Virus record (IMG/VR): IMGVR_UViG_3300029911_000190
DNA length: 18,425 nucleotides
Source: a virus
Strand: one strand, 5' to 3'
Shown here: one piece after another, positions 14,645 to 18,425 of the stretch
How the letters are laid out: each line of letters starts with the position of its first letter
Position numbering within the stretch: position 1 is the stretch's first letter
Position numbers and translations under genes: made by a program
Notes under the pieces: model-generated
Database searches by the model: none
Told to the model about the DNA's origin: nothing
Seen by the model: the letters and a program-made list of their open reading frames with translations, nothing else

Positions 14645-15376
14645 ATGAAAACAAAATGTGGATGTGTGGATACAGGGCAGTTTTTGCAGCTTTTTAATTC
14701 AGGGGCTCTACTTAACGAGATTGGCACAGAGCTTAATGTGAGCCAACGAACCCTGAGTCGAATCGTAAAACAACTAGGTTTGAACGCGAAGACACGCCCC
14801 AAATTTAAGGTGGCGAAGCCGTCATTAACCCGACAGGTGGGCAAAAAATATGCTTACCTCACTGTTGTTGGAACGGAGTACAACAGCCGGTTACATCAAT
14901 GGGTGCTGACCATAAAGTGCGACTGTGGTCGTATTTCTACGGAGACGGCACCCAAGCTAGTCAACGGCGACCGTAAATCTTGCGGAGTTATCGGATGCTC
15001 CTATCGTGGAGTCGTACGTCAAGAAAACGGGAAGAAAGCAGGGTGGACGGGATGCGGGGAGATTTACGGATGTAGGTGGGATCAGTGGCGAATAGGTGCA
15101 GAAAAGCGAGGATTGGCGTTCGACATCAGCATTGAATACGCTTGGGAGTTGTTTGAAAAACAAGGTCGTAAATGCGCGTTGACGGGAGAGCCGATAAGTT
15201 TTGGAAATTCGTGGAACCGAAAATGCACAGCTTCACTTGACCGAATTGACTCCGCTAAACCTTACATTGAGGGCAATGTTCAATGGGTGCAGACGCGGGT
15301 CAATTTGATGAAACGTAGTATGGATGAGGCGGAGTTCATAGAACTCTGTGGATTGATATGGAAGAACCGCTCCTAA
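14645..15376 (+). CDS. HTH + HNH (His-Me finger) homing-endonuclease-like protein
   Basis: N-terminal helix-turn-helix NEIGTELNVSQRTLSRIVKQLGL. C-terminal CALTGEPI...ASLDRIDSAKPYIEGNVQWVQTRVNLMK...FIELC resembles the phage HNH_3-type SLDRID/GY/NVxW signature. AT-richer than its surroundings. Confidence 0.65.
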   Translation: MKTKCGCVDTGQFLQLFNSGALLNEIGTELNVSQRTLSRIVKQLGLNAKTRPKFKVAKPSLTRQVGKKYAYLTVVGTEYNSRLHQWVLTIKCDCGRISTETAPKLVNGDRKSCGVIGCSYRGVVRQENGKKAGWTGCGEIYGCRWDQWRIGAEKRGLAFDISIEYAWELFEKQGRKCALTGEPISFGNSWNRKCTASLDRIDSAKPYIEGNVQWVQTRVNLMKRSMDEAEFIELCGLIWKNRS

Positions 15377-16398
15377 CTCGCGACGAATTCAGGGGACTGG
15401 TTCTTGCCAGAGACCACAATACTTGTGCCCATTGCGGCTCGTCTGGTGTTCGGCTCGATGTTCACCACATTATGGAAAGACGCCTTTTTGAAGATGGAGG
15501 GTATAGAATTTCAAATGGAATCTCACTTTGTTCAGACTGCCACGAAGCGGCGGAAGCAACCACTATTGATTGTGCAACGCTTCGTGAACGAGCAGGAATC
15601 GCAGTTCCTTGCCTCCCTCCACACTTTGAAGCAGATGGTGTGTACGATAAGTGGGGTAACGGAATCTTGCCTAACGGTCAACGACTTCAGGGAGAATTGT
15701 TTCTGGAGCCCGGAGTGCAGAAGGCTCTGCGGAACAAACTCTACCTATTCACCGACAAGGTGAAGTACCCTAAAACTTTTCATTGGCCTTCGTCCCCCGG
15801 TCTACAAAATGACGACCGGATGCACACGACCACCGACCAATGGGACGGGTTGGAAGTCATCGTTACCGAGAAGCTTGATGGAGAGAATACCACCATGGCA
15901 CGGGATTATATGCACGCCCGGTCGTTGGAATTTAGCACTCATCCATCTCGCACTTTCATAAAAGCAATCTGGTCTCGGGTTGCCCACGACATCCCTGAAA
16001 ATTTCAGAGTCTGCGGCGAAAATGTCACAGCGGTTCATTCCATCGAGTACCATGACCTCGCCTCCTACTTCTATGTGTTCAACATCTGGCATGGGCAGAA
16101 CTGCCTGTCATGGGATGACACCGAGACCTATGCCGGTCTACTGGACCTGCCCACCGTGCCGGTTCTATACCGGGGTGTGTGGGAGGAAGGGCTGATAGAT
16201 AGCATCGCCAGCGGTCTTGTACCTGAGCGGCAAGAAGGACTAGTCTTCCGTCCCACACGAGGATTTACTCTGAGGGAGTTCCCCCGGCTTATGGCTAAGT
16301 GGGTGAGGAAGGGACATGTGCAAACCGATGAGCATTGGATGAGCCAGCCTGTAAGGTTCAACCACCGCCCACACAGAGGAGGAAGTAGATGGGGATGA
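15358..16398 (+). CDS. HNH endonuclease :: ATP-dependent RNA ligase fusion (KxDGxN nucleotidyltransferase)
   Basis: N-terminal full HNH (CAHC...DVHHIMERR...NGISLCSDCHE). C-terminal nucleotidyltransferase motifs: I TEKLDGEN (Asn, not Arg, after DG, as in Rnl2/3/5 RNA ligases); III FRVCGENV; IIIa YFYVFNIW; IV EGLVFR; V AKWVRKGH. Overlaps the upstream gene by 19 nt. Confidence 0.7.
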   Translation: MEEPLLTRDEFRGLVLARDHNTCAHCGSSGVRLDVHHIMERRLFEDGGYRISNGISLCSDCHEAAEATTIDCATLRERAGIAVPCLPPHFEADGVYDKWGNGILPNGQRLQGELFLEPGVQKALRNKLYLFTDKVKYPKTFHWPSSPGLQNDDRMHTTTDQWDGLEVIVTEKLDGENTTMARDYMHARSLEFSTHPSRTFIKAIWSRVAHDIPENFRVCGENVTAVHSIEYHDLASYFYVFNIWHGQNCLSWDDTETYAGLLDLPTVPVLYRGVWEEGLIDSIASGLVPERQEGLVFRPTRGFTLREFPRLMAKWVRKGHVQTDEHWMSQPVRFNHRPHRGGSRWG

Positions 16399-16577
16399 TT
16401 AGGCGACTCGATGAGTGGTGGGCTATCTGCTACAAAGACGGAGCTATAGCGTGCGATGACCGAGGACAAGGTCATTTCTATTTCAGCAGACGCGAGGCTC
16501 GTATGGCGATGCGCGGTGCCGTAGAGGAGCATGGGGCGGTTCTGCATATTAAAAAGGTGGCTGTGGAGTTCAGGTAA
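16389..16577 (+). CDS. hypothetical protein (62 aa)
   Basis: aggagg located 7 nt upstream; overlaps the stop of the ligase gene. Confidence 0.5.
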   Translation: MGMIRRLDEWWAICYKDGAIACDDRGQGHFYFSRREARMAMRGAVEEHGAVLHIKKVAVEFR

Positions 16578-16586
16578 TCCTGCGCC

Positions 16587-16618
16587 CTCACCGCACAGCG
16601 GATCAACTAACGCATCAC
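16587..16618 (+). promoter_or_regulatory. conserved intergenic element, copy A: CTCACCGCACAGCGG-N8-ACGCATCAC
   Basis: Directly after a stop codon and ~45 nt upstream of the gene at 16648. Has a near-identical copy at 16912-16948. Confidence 0.4.
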
Positions 16619-16647
16619 AGCTAGCGCCGATGGCGCGGGGGAGAACG

Positions 16648-16911
16648 ATGACGAGCGATCAAATATTTGCAGTGTTTAAGGACTGGGATACGCCGACGCC
16701 AGAATGCGCGTCGAGGGTGTTGACGAGTCCGAGCAGTTCACCAGAAGCCAGTAACTTTCGGCTCAATCTCGAAATAGCCTACCAGTTGGCGCTGCTAAAC
16801 GAGCAGATCGGCTGTGTGCTCAACACCCGCATTGCTCAAATCGCGGTGAGGGTGGAGTCTGGGGAGTATCCACTGCAAGTGCAGGTACAGGAACCACAAC
16901 GGCGTTACTAA
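16648..16911 (+). CDS. hypothetical protein (87 aa)
   Basis: RBS gggggag. The ORF track start at 16531 lies inside the upstream gene. A GCGCC-gat-GGCGC hairpin precedes the RBS. Confidence 0.55.
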   Translation: MTSDQIFAVFKDWDTPTPECASRVLTSPSSSPEASNFRLNLEIAYQLALLNEQIGCVLNTRIAQIAVRVESGEYPLQVQVQEPQRRY

Positions 16912-16948
16912 CCTCCACCGCACAGCGGGCCGGGAGCACACGCATTAC
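16912..16948 (+). promoter_or_regulatory. conserved intergenic element, copy B: CCTCCACCGCACAGCGG-N11-ACGCATTAC
   Basis: Directly after a stop codon and ~50 nt upstream of the gene at 16987. A CCGTC-tcag-GACGG hairpin follows. Confidence 0.4.
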
Positions 16949-16986
16949 GCAACCGCCGTCTCAGGACGGGCGAAAGAGGTGAGGGA

Positions 16987-17628
16987 ATGGAATTCAGTTT
17001 CGATAGTAGGTTTGATCTTGGCGCAAACATGCCCAACTTCGATGAAGCGGCGGTGAAGGATGAGCCTATGCTATTTCGGTGTCAAGTCTCTAAGGCGCGG
17101 GAACTCGGAGGTCCAATCACCCGCGCTTTCTTGGATGCGGTCGGGGACTGGGGCACGGAAGGCAATATCGATTCTCGCGTCCACATGCTGATGCCGGGGT
17201 GGTATCCGTGCATCCCCGGATGGCACCATGACGATGTGCCGCGTTCTAGGTCTGACGGACAGCCTGATTACGTGGACCCCAAGTATCATGCCCGACACGT
17301 CATGGCGCTAATCAACGGCGATATATGCCCTACGCAGTTTGCAGTTGGGAAGTGCGAGATGCCTGATGTGCCGCTCGGTGGAACGATCTACCAAGTGTGG
17401 AATGATGAGGTTGAACGGCAAGTCAGGGACGGGAGGCTGTCATGTTCGGACGTGCCGTCTAATCAACTCGTATTCTTTGATGACTACAGCTTCCATCGTG
17501 GCGCAGTGGCGGTTCGGCGGGGATGGCGCTGGTTTGGACGACTCACCATCGGGACAGGTGTGAAGCCGAAGAACGAAGTGCGCAGACAGGTTCAGGTATA
17601 CATGCCAGTGCCGACGCAGGGCTGGTAG
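16987..17628 (+). CDS. cupin / 2OG-Fe(II) oxygenase of the aspartyl/asparaginyl beta-hydroxylase (AspH) type
   Basis: LMPGWYPCIPGWHHDDVP resembles the AspH LxPGxxIxPHxGxxN region. VFFDDYSFHRGAVAV resembles the AspH FDDSxxHExxN region (second Fe ligand). RBS gaaagaggtgaggga. Confidence 0.6.
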   Translation: MEFSFDSRFDLGANMPNFDEAAVKDEPMLFRCQVSKARELGGPITRAFLDAVGDWGTEGNIDSRVHMLMPGWYPCIPGWHHDDVPRSRSDGQPDYVDPKYHARHVMALINGDICPTQFAVGKCEMPDVPLGGTIYQVWNDEVERQVRDGRLSCSDVPSNQLVFFDDYSFHRGAVAVRRGWRWFGRLTIGTGVKPKNEVRRQVQVYMPVPTQGW

Positions 17629-17658
17629 GCACACGCTAACCCCACCACAGGAGGAGCA

Positions 17659-18174
17659 ATGAGCAAACTGACGCAGGAGCAGGACAAATTACAGGATCGG
17701 CAGATTTGGGAAGCGCAGTCACTTTTGCGGGTGTGGGGATGTGGGCCGACGAATAACAGGATGATTACTGAGCCTGTGTCGCTTGTGGAGCGGATGCTGG
17801 TAGCATTCAGCCAACACAGGCATAAGGCGCGGCAGATCGACGGCATGACCGCAGCCCTGAACGTGGCGCTGGGTGAGGCGTTGGGGCCGGTGACCGCCGA
17901 TGAAGAGGAGCCATATTGGTACAACAGGAGTATTGAACTAATCAATGCTTTCCTCAAGTCTCGTCGCTCCCGTCTCCCCGCGCCGGTCGAGAGGGTGACG
18001 GTGACATTTTACGATGCAGAGCCTACGCCTTATTGGCAGGTGTCTCTCGATGGCAAACACATCGGGCCGCGCTTTCCCGTCACTGGCTATCAGGTGGACG
18101 CCGAGCGCTACGCAGCCGGTCTCCGTGCCGAGATTGCGGACCAAGCGCGTGCAGCGGGAGGCGGGAAGAAATGA
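17659..18174 (+). CDS. hypothetical protein (171 aa)
   Basis: RBS aggagg located 5 nt upstream. GC-rich codon usage like its neighbours. Confidence 0.65.
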   Translation: MSKLTQEQDKLQDRQIWEAQSLLRVWGCGPTNNRMITEPVSLVERMLVAFSQHRHKARQIDGMTAALNVALGEALGPVTADEEEPYWYNRSIELINAFLKSRRSRLPAPVERVTVTFYDAEPTPYWQVSLDGKHIGPRFPVTGYQVDAERYAAGLRAEIADQARAAGGGKK

Positions 18175-18425
18175 CCGATCGCATTCAGGCAGCGCAGACA
18201 GACGAAGAGTATGTAAGAGCGCGGTGGCAGCGAGTCCAGTACGCTGAAACAGGACTCACTGGCGCTGGACCGTGCTACGTGACTATAAACGCAGGTGATC
18301 ACCCAACCGCAGGCAGCACGATCTTTATGGAGCATGGTCCGACGAAGGAAGCCGTGTTCTCAGCCGCCGCAGAGCCCACACGCCAGCGCGAACGCGAGAT
18401 TGCGGAACTGCGGGAAGAGATCAAA
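18171..18425 (+). CDS. hypothetical protein, 5' partial (runs off the window end)
   Basis: ATGA overlap with the upstream gene. The frame stays open to the last base. Confidence 0.5.
   Translation, partial: MTDRIQAAQTDEEYVRARWQRVQYAETGLTGAGPCYVTINAGDHPTAGSTIFMEHGPTKEAVFSAAAEPTRQREREIAELREEIK

Noticed and set aside
16128-16547. 139-aa minus-strand ORF
   Set aside because: Antisense to the RNA-ligase domain, with no RBS.
1-18425. CRISPR arrays, tRNA/rRNA genes, integrase/att sites
   Set aside because: No regularly spaced repeats, no cloverleaf-like GC-rich 70-90 nt segments and no recombinase motifs were seen.

Overview
Dense, almost entirely plus-strand array of about 40 short genes. Many have overlapping stop/start codons (ATGA, TAATG) and Shine-Dalgarno sites, which points to a bacteriophage or phage-derived genome module. 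One long gene (761-3316) does not fit the usual phage inventory: an 851-aa protein with recognisable major-vault-protein (MVP) architecture (N-terminal MVP repeats including FPLWPGQ, an SPFH-like shoulder region, and a C-terminal coiled-coil cap-helix). It is expressed from its own sigma70-like promoter with an operator-like palindrome, ends at a strong terminator, and has a divergent HNH endonuclease gene next to it. Other recognisable genes: a small ATP-dependent ligase (motifs I, III, IV, V); a histidine phosphatase (RHG motif); an AspH-like 2OG/Fe(II) oxygenase; an NadE-type CN-hydrolase N-terminal fragment; a Sel1/TPR-like protein; several zinc-ribbon mini-proteins; and an intron-less cluster of three HNH-related genes (a truncated HNH paralog, an HTH-HNH, and an HNH::RNA-ligase fusion with KxDGxN). 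A promoter-like module recurs at least six times: A/T tract, then ACTAGCCAAAAC, then a spacer ending cGG, then TATACT, with an exact 18-bp spacer each time. Two copies sit 6 nt before an ATG and would give leaderless mRNAs. The 3' end of the window (16.4-18.4 kb) is GC-richer and carries a different repeated intergenic motif (CACCGCACAGCGG ... ACGCAT[C/T]AC). Several places look like frameshifts or in-frame TAG interruptions. Without search tools all functional calls rest on motif recognition, and confidences are set accordingly.
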